Of a stretch of 64,000 nucleotides of DNA, positions 58,001 to 64,000 are shown piece after piece (positions within the stretch are counted from its first letter, which is position 1; the number at the start of each line of letters is the position of its first letter). The notes under the pieces are model-generated. The model made no database searches and had not been told where the DNA came from. It worked only from the letters and a program-made list of their open reading frames with translations. The stretch is taken from NCBI RefSeq assembly GCF_020745735.1, contig NC_083404.1, positions 27,900,001 to 27,964,000 of the forward strand, in the 5' to 3' direction. The position numbers and the translations under genes were made by a program. This stretch comes from Hemiscyllium ocellatum (Eukaryota).

Positions 58001-61000
58001 ATTAGGAGAGCACTTTGGGGCCAGTGACCATAATTCTATTAGTTTAGTGATGGAAAAGGATAGACCAGATCTAAAAGTTGAAGTACTAAATTGGAGGAAG
58101 GCTAATTTTGATGGTATTAGACAAGGACTTTCAAAAGCTGATTGGGGGCAGATATTCGCAAGTAAAGGGATGGCTGGAAAATGGGAAGCCTTCAGAAATG
58201 AGATAACGAGAATCCAGAGAAAGTATATTCCTGTTAGGGTGAAAGGAAAGGCTGGTAAGTATAGGGAATGCTGGATGACTAAAGAAATGGAGGGTTTGGT
58301 TAAGAAAAAGGAGGAAACATATGTCAGGCATAGGCAAGATTGATTAAGGGAATCCTTTGAAGAGTATAAAGGCAGTAGGAATATATTTAAGAGGGGAAAC
58401 CAGGAGGCCAAAAAAGGTGACATGAGATAGCTTTGGCAAATAAAGTTAAGTAGAATCTGAAGGTTTTTACAAAGACATCAAGGACATGGAAGATATAGAA
58501 TGCAAGGAAATAGATGGTGAGATCTTGAAAAATGTCCATATTAGAGAAGAGGAAGTGCTGGATGTCTTGAAACGGGTAGAGGTGGATAAATCCCCAGGAC
58601 CTGATCAGGTATACCCTAGAACCATGGGAAGCTAGGGAAGTTATTGCTGGATCACTTGCCGAGATATCTGTATCATCGATAGTCACAGGTGAGGTGCCGG
58701 AAGACTGGAGGTGCCACTGTTCATGATTAGATTAGTTACATTAGATTACAGTGTGAAAACAGGCCCTTTGGCCCAACAAGTCCACCCCGACCTGAAGCGC
58801 AACCCACCCAGACCCATTCCCCTACATTTACCCCTTCACCAACACTATGGGCAATTTTAGCATGGCCAATTCACCGAACGAGCACATTTTTGGACTGTGG
58901 GAGGAAAACGGAGCACCCGGAGGAAACCCACGCAGACATGGGGAGAATGTGCAAACTCCACACAGAAGAAAGGTGGTAAGGACAAGCAAGGGGACTATAG
59001 ACCAGTGAGCCTGACGGTGGTGGGCAAGTTATTGGAGTACATCCTGTCCCTCAGGATTCCATGTATTTGGAAAGTCTAGGACTGATTAGGGATGGTCAAC
59101 ATGGCTTAGTGAGACATGATTTCCCATGCACAAACTTGATTTGAGTTTTTTTTGGAAGTAGTAACAAAGAGGATTAATGAAGGGAGAGTGGTGGACGTGA
59201 TCTATATTGACTTCAGTAAAGACAAGGTTCCCCATGGGAGACTATTAGCAAGGTTAGATCTCATGGAATACAGGGAGAACTAGCCATTTGGATACAGAAC
59301 TGGCTCAAAGGTAGAAGACAGAGGGTGGTGGTGGAGGGTTGTTTTTCAGACTGGAGGCCTGTGACCAGTGGAATGCCACAAAGATTGGTGCTGGGTCCAC
59401 TACTTTTCATCATTTATATAAATGACTTGCATGTGAGCATTAGACAGCTAGTTAGTAGTGTTGGGTCGAAGGGCCTGTTTCCACACTAATTAATCTAATG
59501 TAAAAAAAAGTTTGCAGATGACACCAAAATTGAGGTATAGTGGACAGCAAAGAGGGTTACCTCAGATTCTAACAAGATCTTGATCAGATGGGCCAATGGG
59601 CTGAGAAGTGGCAGATGGAGTTTAATTCAGATAAATGGGAGGTGCTGCATTTTGGGAAGGCAAATCTTCGCAGGACTTATACACTTAATGGTAAGGTCCT
59701 AGGCAGTGTTACTGAACAAAGAGACCATGAAGTGTAAGTTCGTAGCTCTTTGAAAGTGGAGTCACAAGTAGATCGGATAGTGAAGAAGGGGTTTGGTATG
59801 CTTTCCTTTATTAGTCAGAGTATTGAGTATAAGAGTTGGAGGTCATGTTACGGCTCTATAGGACATTGGTGTATAGGCCATTTTTGGAATATTGCGTACA
59901 GTTCTGATCTCCTTTCTATCAGAAGAGCGTTGTGAAACATGAAAGGGTTCAGAAAAGATTTTCAAAGATGCTGGTGGGGTTGGAGGATTTGAGCTATAGG
60001 GACAGGTTGAATAGGCTGGGGCTGTTTTCCCTGGAGCATCAGAGGCTGAGGGGTGACCTTATTGAGGTTTATAAAATCATGACGGGCATGGATAGGATAA
60101 ATAGACTAAGTCTGTTCGCTGGGATGGGAAGAGTCCAAAACTAGAGGGTGTAAGTTTAGGGTGAGGGGGGAAAGATATGACGGAGACCTTAGGGACAACG
60201 TTTTCACGGAGAGGGTGGTACGTGTATGGAATGAGCTGCCAGAGGAAGTGGTGAAGGCTAGTACAATTGCAACATTTAAAAAGGCATCTGGATGGGTATA
60301 TGAATTTGTAAACCTCTACAAAGGTCACCCCTCAGCCTCTGATGCTCCAGGGAAAACAGAATCAACCGATTCAACCTCTCCCTATAGCTCAAATCCTCCA
60401 ACCCTGGCAAGATCCTTGAAAATCTTTTCTGAACCCTTTCAAGTTTCACAACGTCCTTCCGATAGGAAGACCACTACTGCATGCAATATTCCAAAAGTGG
60501 CCTTACCAATGTCCTGTGCAGCTGCAACATGACCTCCCAATTCCTGTACTCAAAACTCATCCACAAAAGAATTCTAGAAGATTTGTCAGGCATGATCTCC
60601 CCTTGATGAAAACATGCTGACTCTACCCCATTTTACCACACATTTCCAAGTATCCAGAAATTTTATCCATCACAATGGATTCCAGCATCTTAGCCAGCTT
60701 AGGCTAATCTGCCTAATTTTCCATCTTTTACCTTATTCCCTTTTTAAAGGGAGGTGTGACGTTAACAGTTTTCCAGTCCTCTGGGACCCTCCTTGATTCT
60801 AGCAATTTCTGAAAGATCTCCACTAATGCCTCCTCTCTCTCTTCAGTTATCTCCCTTAGAAATCTGGGGTGTATTCCATGTAGTCCAGGTGACCTTTAGC
60901 ACAGTATTTCTAGCATCTTTTCCTTGGTGATGCCGCAATACTCAACTCTGTCCCCACACACTCAAATTTTGGGGATATTACTCATATTTTCCACTGTGAA

Positions 61001-62466
61001 GACTGATACAAAGTAAATTTTCAGTTCCTCAGCTATTTCCTTATTTCCCATTACTATCTCTCCAGCAACCCAATGTCCACTTTTGCCTCTCTTTTGTCCT
61101 TGTCATATCTAAAGAAACTTACAGACTTCCTTTATATCAAAGGCTAGTCTGCCCTCATATTTATCTTCTCCCTCTTTATTTCTAGTTTTATTTACCCTCT
61201 GTTGGCCTTTGTAAGCTTCCCAATCTTCTGGTTTCCCACTTCCCTTCACCACATGATATGCTTTCTCTTATGCTTTTATGCTATCCCCAACTTCCCTTAG
61301 TCAGCCATGATTGTCTTGTCCTCCCTGCACCATGCTTTCTTCCCTTGGGATGAATCTCTTTTGTGTCTCCTGAATTATTCTAGAAACTCCTAGCATTGCT
61401 GTTCCACTGTCTATCCTGCTCGGGCTCCTCTCCCAGTCAATTCAACAGCTTCTCGCACATGCCTCTGCAATTGCCTTTATTCAGCTGTAATACCATTACC
61501 TCTGATTCCATCTTCTCCCCCTCAAATTGCAGAGGAAATTCAATCGTATTACGATCACTGCCTCCCACAGTTCCTTCACCTTAAGCTCCCTTATCAAGTC
61601 TGCCTCATTGCACTACACTAAATCCAGTATCGCCTGTTCCCTCGTAGGCTCCAATACAGCACTAAAATAACCTGCTTTTCCGCTTCTGGCATAATTAAAC
61701 AGGTCCTTGCTGGACGTACACATCCATGACCTCAATGACAACAGAATATTGGTTGGCTCTAATGGCCTGACATCTCTGATCGAACAGCCTGCCAACAAGT
61801 TACTATCCTGGCTGACATGAAGAAAGCCACTTGAACTGCTTGCTCTGAGCAATTATATTCCAACAAATCAGCATTGAGAAGTAGAGTAATAATGCATTTT
61901 ATATTTAATAAACACCTAGTGAATTGATATTTTAAAGTGCAACATCTTAATGCTGTTCTGAAATTATAGTAGTTAACATTTCTGGTTCTTTTTGAAAAAA
62001 CTGAAAATTCAATAGTTAACATTCAAAGATGCAAATTTCTGCTGTCTAAATCTGATGAACAGCAAATCATATTTGACTAAAGTCTTGAGATTTGTCCCCT
62101 TCAGACATATCCTTTCTTTCCATCACTTACTTTCAGCACTTAAACTATTACAAAGTAATACTTACTGCTTTGATTCATGGTGGCAGACTTCTAAAGTCGG
62201 GTCATTGTAAATAAATGCAGCTTCCAAATCATTTACTCTTACTCTATAAATCCGACATTGCTTGCTGTTCAGTTTTATTCTATTGAGATTTGCAAGTGCT
62301 GGGAATATGGTCAACTCCACAAATCCCTACAAACATGAGTATACAAAATTCTTGTTTAGTCCATCTGAAATCATCATTGGTAAAAATTTGAAAACTATAA
62401 TGGATACTTACTATGACAGACTTCCTCTGGAAGTTAATATTATTTATGCAGACGACCTGGTGAGTT
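948..62466 (-). CDS. TAF2: TATA-box binding protein associated factor 2 (TFIID subunit 2); partial spliced CDS, exons 2-21, 2685 nt
   Basis: Twenty exons splice in frame from [16 protein letters not shown] to [18 protein letters not shown], collinear with and near-identical to vertebrate TAF2 as recalled; each junction checked for splice dinucleotides and phase. Confidence 0.98.
1730..3975 (-). mobile_element. Nested CR1 LINEs (younger ~2150-3760 inside an older 3' end)
   Basis: Broken RT frames [51 protein letters not shown]. Confidence 0.92.
1817..1976 (+). mobile_element. Short PLE terminal-repeat insertion with 5' inversion and 15-bp TSD
   Basis: CTGATATATTTCTCA at 1802-1816 and 1977-1991; body matches 45935-46055; 5' part is its reverse complement. 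Confidence 0.85.
5090..6582 (-). mobile_element. CR1 LINE, 5'-truncated
   Basis: [50 protein letters not shown]. Confidence 0.92.
6633..6772 (-). CDS. TAF2: TAF2 exon 20 (140 nt)
   Basis: [46 protein letters not shown]; AG/GT. Confidence 0.97.
9572..9765 (-). CDS. TAF2: TAF2 exon 19 (194 nt)
   Basis: [32 protein letters not shown]...[11 protein letters not shown]; AAG acceptor, GT donor. Confidence 0.97.
9914..10236. repeat. Imperfect palindrome built from SINE-head-like arms
   Basis: Arm ~9914-10048 is the reverse complement of ~10103-10236 (e.g. ataaatctggaatttaa / ttaaattccagatttat). Confidence 0.8.
10400..11800 (+). mobile_element. Old CR1/L2-clade LINE 3' portion
   Basis: Decayed RT-like sequence ending in the tail (ggactgcag..gttcaag...cccatgaatgaata) shared with 17030-17600 and the SINE at 39728. 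Confidence 0.7.
11826..11936 (-). CDS. TAF2: TAF2 exon 18 (111 nt)
   Basis: [37 protein letters not shown]; AG/GT. Confidence 0.97.
13031..13070 (-). ncRNA. Minimal type-I hammerhead ribozyme motif (inverted pLTR)
   Basis: GCA-CUGAGGA-UGUCACCUAGACAGGGGAC-GAAAUGUC-UGC. Confidence 0.65.
13149..13351 (+). repeat. 203-bp direct copy of 17126-17328
   Basis: Base-by-base comparison: 2 substitutions, no indels. Confidence 0.97.
14177..14216 (+). ncRNA. Minimal type-I hammerhead ribozyme motif (3' pLTR)
   Basis: GCA-CUGAGGA-stem II-GAAACGUC-UAC; one stem I mismatch. Confidence 0.7.
14620..16845 (+). mobile_element. Old degraded CR1 LINE
   Basis: Decayed YRPVKLTS, aagcttgcaggtgat (KFADD-like) and CR1 3' region. 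Confidence 0.8.
17030..17600 (-). mobile_element. Old CR1/L2-clade LINE 3' end
   Basis: [23 protein letters not shown] frame and tail as in 10400-11800. Confidence 0.75.
17796..17936 (-). CDS. TAF2: TAF2 exon 17 (141 nt)
   Basis: [28 protein letters not shown]...FQSYFLQK; AG/GT. Confidence 0.97.
18500..19420 (-). mobile_element. Degraded LINE remnant interrupted by a plus-strand PLE terminal fragment (~18765-18860)
   Basis: gatgaaggacttatgcctgaaacg...gatgctgcctgacctgctg matches the PLE terminus at 45935-46010; flanks look like decayed L2-type RT. Confidence 0.5.
19762..20440 (+). mobile_element. CR1 LINE 3' end
   Basis: [31 protein letters not shown], 3' UTR ending ctgtacatctctgactct. Confidence 0.92.
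20669..20921 (-). CDS. TAF2: TAF2 exon 16 (253 nt)
   Basis: [27 protein letters not shown]...[11 protein letters not shown]; AG/GTGAGC. Confidence 0.97.
21059..21124 (-). CDS. TAF2: TAF2 exon 15 (66 nt)
   Basis: [21 protein letters not shown]; AG/GTAGGT. Confidence 0.96.
22837..22946 (-). CDS. TAF2: TAF2 exon 14 (110 nt)
   Basis: [36 protein letters not shown]; AG/GTAGGT. Confidence 0.97.
23341..23455 (-). CDS. TAF2: TAF2 exon 13 (115 nt)
   Basis: [38 protein letters not shown]; AG/GTAAGG. Confidence 0.97.
23456..24868 (-). other. U12-type GT-AG intron (TAF2 intron 12)
   Basis: Donor GTATCCTTT beginning at 24868; branch site TCCTTAAT at 23475-23468; AG at 23457-23456; no polypyrimidine tract. 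Confidence 0.95.
23722..24812 (+). mobile_element. Poseidon-type PLE with long 5' inversion, inside the U12 intron
   Basis: [26 protein letters not shown]; 23722-23988 inverted relative to 24590-24812; possible TSD caaa(a/c)tttgat. Confidence 0.9.
24869..25023 (-). CDS. TAF2: TAF2 exon 12 (155 nt)
   Basis: [24 protein letters not shown]...[10 protein letters not shown]; followed by U12 donor GTATCCTT. Confidence 0.97.
25268..25490 (-). mobile_element. PLE terminal fragment (family of 34416-34534)
   Basis: Reverse complement reads ctgaagaagg...ctgaaagc...aaacctgttgg...ccccagtccaacac. Confidence 0.65.
25490..25795 (+). mobile_element. Degraded Deu-domain SINE
   Basis: caacatcacaaaaac...ttgttgccatgtt...catttcaaaaa...gtcctggggttgtgaaa resembles 54695-55115. 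Confidence 0.55.
26430..27710 (+). mobile_element. Old CR1 LINE, interrupted by a PLE fragment
   Basis: gattttagcaagacttttaacaag (DFSKAFDK-like), caaatggaattcaatccagagaaatgt (QMEFNPEKC). Confidence 0.75.
27024..27220 (+). mobile_element. Fold-back PLE terminal fragment with decayed hammerhead
   Basis: 27063-27097 inverted to 27183-27217; ctgaagagtcatctcgactcgaaacgtt; 11/14 TSD-like match at 27010-27023 and 27221-27234. Confidence 0.75.
27854..27989 (-). CDS. TAF2: TAF2 exon 11 (136 nt)
   Basis: [45 protein letters not shown]; AG/GT. Confidence 0.97.
29065..29408. mobile_element. Fold-back PLE terminal element
   Basis: 29070-29205 inverted to 29250-29380; decayed ctgaggaagggtcactgaaccagaaa. 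Confidence 0.75.
29409..30125 (-). mobile_element. Solo LTR, related to 42087-42817
   Basis: Ends (c)GTTACA...TAACA; both termini match the reverse complement of the 42087 element. Confidence 0.75.
32058..32143 (-). CDS. TAF2: TAF2 exon 10 (86 nt)
   Basis: [28 protein letters not shown]; AG/GTGAGT. Confidence 0.96.
32230..32965 (-). mobile_element. CR1 LINE 3' portion
   Basis: CR1 3' UTR (ccattcaatgagatcatgactgatct) plus decayed RT C-terminus. Confidence 0.8.
34416..34534 (+). mobile_element. Short PLE terminal insertion with 5' inversion and 14-bp TSD
   Basis: TCAATATTCA(C/T)TTC at 34402-34415 and 34535-34548; 5' aaaaatcacaacacc is inverted relative to the internal ggtgttgagagattttt. Confidence 0.8.
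34624..34723 (-). CDS. TAF2: TAF2 exon 9 (100 nt)
   Basis: [33 protein letters not shown]; AG/GT. Confidence 0.97.
37154..37267 (-). CDS. TAF2: TAF2 exon 8 (114 nt)
   Basis: [37 protein letters not shown]; AG/GTGAGT; absent from ORF track. Confidence 0.97.
38000..38900 (-). mobile_element. CR1 LINE 3' portion with small PLE tail insert (~38065-38119)
   Basis: Same 3' UTR as 1730-1800; RT C-terminal remnants. Confidence 0.85.
39094..40400 (+). mobile_element. Neptune-type PLE 3' fragment with 5' inversion, 14-bp TSD, interrupted by a SINE
   Basis: [23 protein letters not shown]; TSD ATATA(A/G)AATAGTGA at 39080-39093 and 40401-40414. Confidence 0.85.
39728..40088 (+). mobile_element. tRNA-headed SINE with LINE-derived tail
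   Basis: A box tggcctagtgg, B box gagttcaaatcc, tail gggcaattagggatgggcaataaa, A-rich end. Confidence 0.88.
41660..41844 (-). CDS. TAF2: TAF2 exon 7 (185 nt)
   Basis: [17 protein letters not shown]...[12 protein letters not shown]; AG/GTGAGT. Confidence 0.97.
42087..42817 (+). mobile_element. Solo LTR (probably Gypsy-type), 731 bp
   Basis: TGTTA...TAACA termini, 4-bp TSD AGCT at 42083-42086 and 42818-42821, internal AATAAA. Confidence 0.88.
42900..43590 (-). mobile_element. Old CR1 LINE 3' portion
   Basis: Decayed CR1 UTR and ILAFVAR-type frame. Confidence 0.65.
44440..46054 (+). mobile_element. Neptune-type PLE (RT C-terminal half + GIY-YIG), 5'-truncated, 14-bp TSD
   Basis: Open frame 44468-45793: [22 protein letters not shown], Cys linker [29 protein letters not shown]; TSD TTGCTTGAACAGGA at 44426-44439 and 46055-46068; 28-bp inverted piece at 44440-44467. 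Confidence 0.96.
45929..45964 (+). ncRNA. Minimal type-I hammerhead ribozyme motif, core intact
   Basis: AUUC-CUGAUGA-A-GGGC-UUUU-GCCC-GAAAC-GUC-GAAU. Confidence 0.8.
47235..47466 (-). CDS. TAF2: TAF2 exon 6 (232 nt)
   Basis: [22 protein letters not shown]...[13 protein letters not shown]; AG/GT. Confidence 0.97.
48193..48334 (-). CDS. TAF2: TAF2 exon 5 (142 nt)
   Basis: [46 protein letters not shown]; AG/GTGAGT. Confidence 0.97.
48895..49220 (-). mobile_element. V-SINE (HE1-like)
   Basis: Reverse complement: ggcacggtg...cctcacagcgc...ggttcaattcc head, ttctcccc...gcgtgggtttc...tttcctcccacagtcc V-domain. Confidence 0.85.
50020..51350 (+). mobile_element. Degraded CR1 LINE fragments
   Basis: [27 protein letters not shown]. 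Confidence 0.85.
51540..54250 (+). mobile_element. CR1 LINE with ORF1 esterase and endonuclease remnants, internally deleted
   Basis: acaggcaccaatgacatagg (GTNDIG), [27 protein letters not shown]1 3' UTR. Confidence 0.88.
53455..53792 (-). mobile_element. tRNA-headed SINE (family of 39728) nested in CR1
   Basis: Reverse complement of the 39728-40088 body. Confidence 0.85.
54375..54493 (-). CDS. TAF2: TAF2 exon 4 (119 nt)
   Basis: [39 protein letters not shown]; AG/GT. Confidence 0.97.
54695..55115 (+). mobile_element. Deu-domain SINE (SacSINE1-like), degraded
   Basis: B box gggttcaaacacc; gaaaaagagcaagggagt...cctaaccaatatt...caacatcac Deu-like core; L2-like tail. Confidence 0.65.
56000..60303 (+). 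mobile_element. Near full-length decayed CR1 LINE (ORF1 Zn-finger + SGNH esterase; ORF2 APE endonuclease + RT)
   Basis: [64 protein letters not shown]; many stops and frameshifts. Confidence 0.95.
58727..58965 (-). mobile_element. 5'-truncated V-SINE (HE1-like) nested in CR1
   Basis: V-domain tgtggagtttgcacattctccccatgtctgcgtgggtttcctccgggtgctccg on minus strand; interrupts the CR1 VPLF|KKG motif. Confidence 0.9.
60304..61665 (-). mobile_element. Two minus-strand CR1 fragments (60304-60555; 60556-61665)
   Basis: First is inverted to 59821-60080; second has [12 protein letters not shown] and SDH-like motifs. Confidence 0.85.
62166..62326 (-). CDS. TAF2: TAF2 exon 3 (161 nt)
   Basis: [53 protein letters not shown]; AG/GT. 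Confidence 0.97.
62412..62466 (-). CDS. TAF2: TAF2 exon 2 (55 nt)
   Basis: [18 protein letters not shown]; acceptor tttatAC| (non-AG), donor GTAAGT. Confidence 0.93.
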
Positions 62467-62490
62467 GTATAAAGACATAAATCAAAAATA
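62467..62490 (-). other. 3' end of probable U12 AT-AC intron (TAF2 intron 1)
   Basis: TAF2 homology begins right after ...tatttttgatttatgtctttatAC; no AG at this position; donor is outside the window. Confidence 0.8.
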
Positions 62491-62769
62491 AATGACAGTT
62501 CATTGTACTTTGCGCTCAGACAACAAATTAAATAATTATTTGGCATTGTTCAAGCAGTTAGATTTGAGGAGGGGTGGTTATAATAGCAGCACTAATAGCT
62601 TGTGATGCAATGGAGGTGTCCCTATCTCAGTCTAAAAGCTCAGGTTCAAGCCTCACATGGTCCAGAGAGGAGTCAAAGGAGGTCAGAACAAGTCAACTAC
62701 AAATATATATAAAACAGAACAGAACACAATTTTGTTCCTTTGGTTCAAACTCAAAGTAATATTTTTCAG

Positions 62770-63805
62770 AAATTCGGCTATGGCATGAAGGGACATAGTT
62801 TGTGATTACAGGGTAAGAGCTGGCCACTTCAAACCAGAAATTAGGAGTATTCTGCCATTCAAGAACTTGGCTGATCCTCTATCTCAATGTCATATTCCTA
62901 ATTTCTCTTTTTGATGCCTTTATTACCTAAAACTTTAACAAACAATCATTCTCCTAAACATACTCTGACCCCACAGCTTTCAATGGTAGTAAATTTTTGC
63001 ATGTATAAATGTTTCCTGATATCAGCCCCAAGTGGCTTACCAAGCATCTTGTCTGTCTGGACCTGTTAGAATTTTATACGTTTCAATCAGATCCCCTCAT
63101 TCTTCAAAAATATATAGGGAATACAGCCCCTGTAAAATCAATCTGTCCTCATTCACCATCAGCCCCAGCATCAGCCAAGTAAACTTTTGCTGCACTCCTT
63201 CAACAGCAAATATAGTGTCTTAGGTGGGGATACCAGAACTGCACACAATACTCCAGGTGCAAACTCATCAAAACCCTATACAACCACAGCAAGACATCCT
63301 ACTTCTGAACTCAAATCATGTCAGGCCAACATACTATCTGCCTTCTTAATCGAATGCCACACCTGCCTCTTTACTTCCATTGACTGACATACAAGGACAC
63401 CCAGATTTCTTCACATTTCCACATTTAATAATATCATTTAAATAACAGCCATGATGTATCGGCCAGATGTTTATCTACTCATTCAACTTGTCTATAAATG
63501 CCCTGAAGCCTCCTTGCATCTTCCTCAATTGTTGTGAATAGCTGGTGTCTATTACAATGGTCACCAAGTGTCACCAGAAAAAAAACTCATTTAGTCTCAA
63601 TTTCCACTTCTGGTCTATTAAACAATTTGCAATGTTAGCATATTATCTTTAATTTCATTTGCTTTGATTTTTCCCACTAAAATCTTATGTCAGACCTTCT
63701 CAAAATCGGTCTTGAAATCCAAATGCAGCACATTCCACTGGTTCTATTCTATTAGTTACATCCTCAAAATACTTCAGTAGATTAGTTAAACATGATTTAC
63801 TCCTA
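62770..63805 (-). mobile_element. Degraded CR1 LINE fragments
   Basis: ccagaactgcacacaatactccag (LEYCVQFW on minus strand), catttagacaagttga-like RT remnants. Confidence 0.7.
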
Positions 63806-64000
63806 ATCGCTTTATCCGCTTAAAAAAAAACAGATGTTGCAAATCAAACTCAAAAACAAATTGCTGGACAAAGTCAGCAGGTATGGTAGCTTCTGTGGAC
63901 AGAAAGGAGAATTAATATTTCAAATTCAGTGATCCTTATTCAGAATGGACAGCAATGGTGAGTTTCCCCAGCAATCTGTTTTTGCGCGTTTTGGGTTTAT

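Noticed and set aside
62401-62411. GTATCC near the exon 2 donor as a third U12 site
   Set aside because: Frame requires the GTAAGT donor four bases earlier; the motif continues GTATCCAT, not GTATCCTT.
62590-62660. Possible tRNA gene (ggttcaagcc B-box-like)
   Set aside because: No consistent cloverleaf; looks like a decayed SINE-type head. The same applies to 39728 and 49150-49220.
62467-64000. TAF2 exon 1 or promoter
   Set aside because: No MNRKK...PRPYKL-like coding sequence, no ATATCCTT donor on the minus strand and no CpG island seen.
1-64000. CRISPR arrays, operons, intronic snoRNA or miRNA genes
   Set aside because: Eukaryotic intron DNA with no regular repeat-spacer array; no convincing box C/D or H/ACA unit by eye. 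An Rfam scan would be needed to exclude small RNAs.

Overview
AT-rich vertebrate genomic DNA, most likely a shark (V-SINE/HE1-like and Deu-domain SINEs, dense CR1 LINEs, Neptune- and Poseidon-type Penelope-like elements, PLEs). The whole window lies inside one minus-strand gene, TAF2 (TFIID subunit 2). I mapped 20 consecutive coding exons (2-21 by recalled human numbering; 2685 nt, frame continuous across all junctions); exon 1 and exons 22+ lie outside the window. Two introns are minor-spliceosome type: intron 1 ends in AC, and intron 12 has GTATCCTT plus a TCCTTAAT branch site. Most ORF-track entries are retroelement fragments or spurious. Main observations: (i) a PLE carrying a 203-bp, 201/203-identical copy of intronic sequence from 4 kb away; (ii) minimal hammerhead-ribozyme motifs in PLE termini, one in TAF2 pre-mRNA sense; (iii) a recurring PLE insertion signature of ~14-bp TSD plus inverted 5' piece; (iv) a candidate frameshifting cassette exon in a repeat-poor intron. 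I found no evidence of a wholly new gene system. Repeat family names come from recalled motifs, not a database search, and repeat boundaries without TSDs are approximate.
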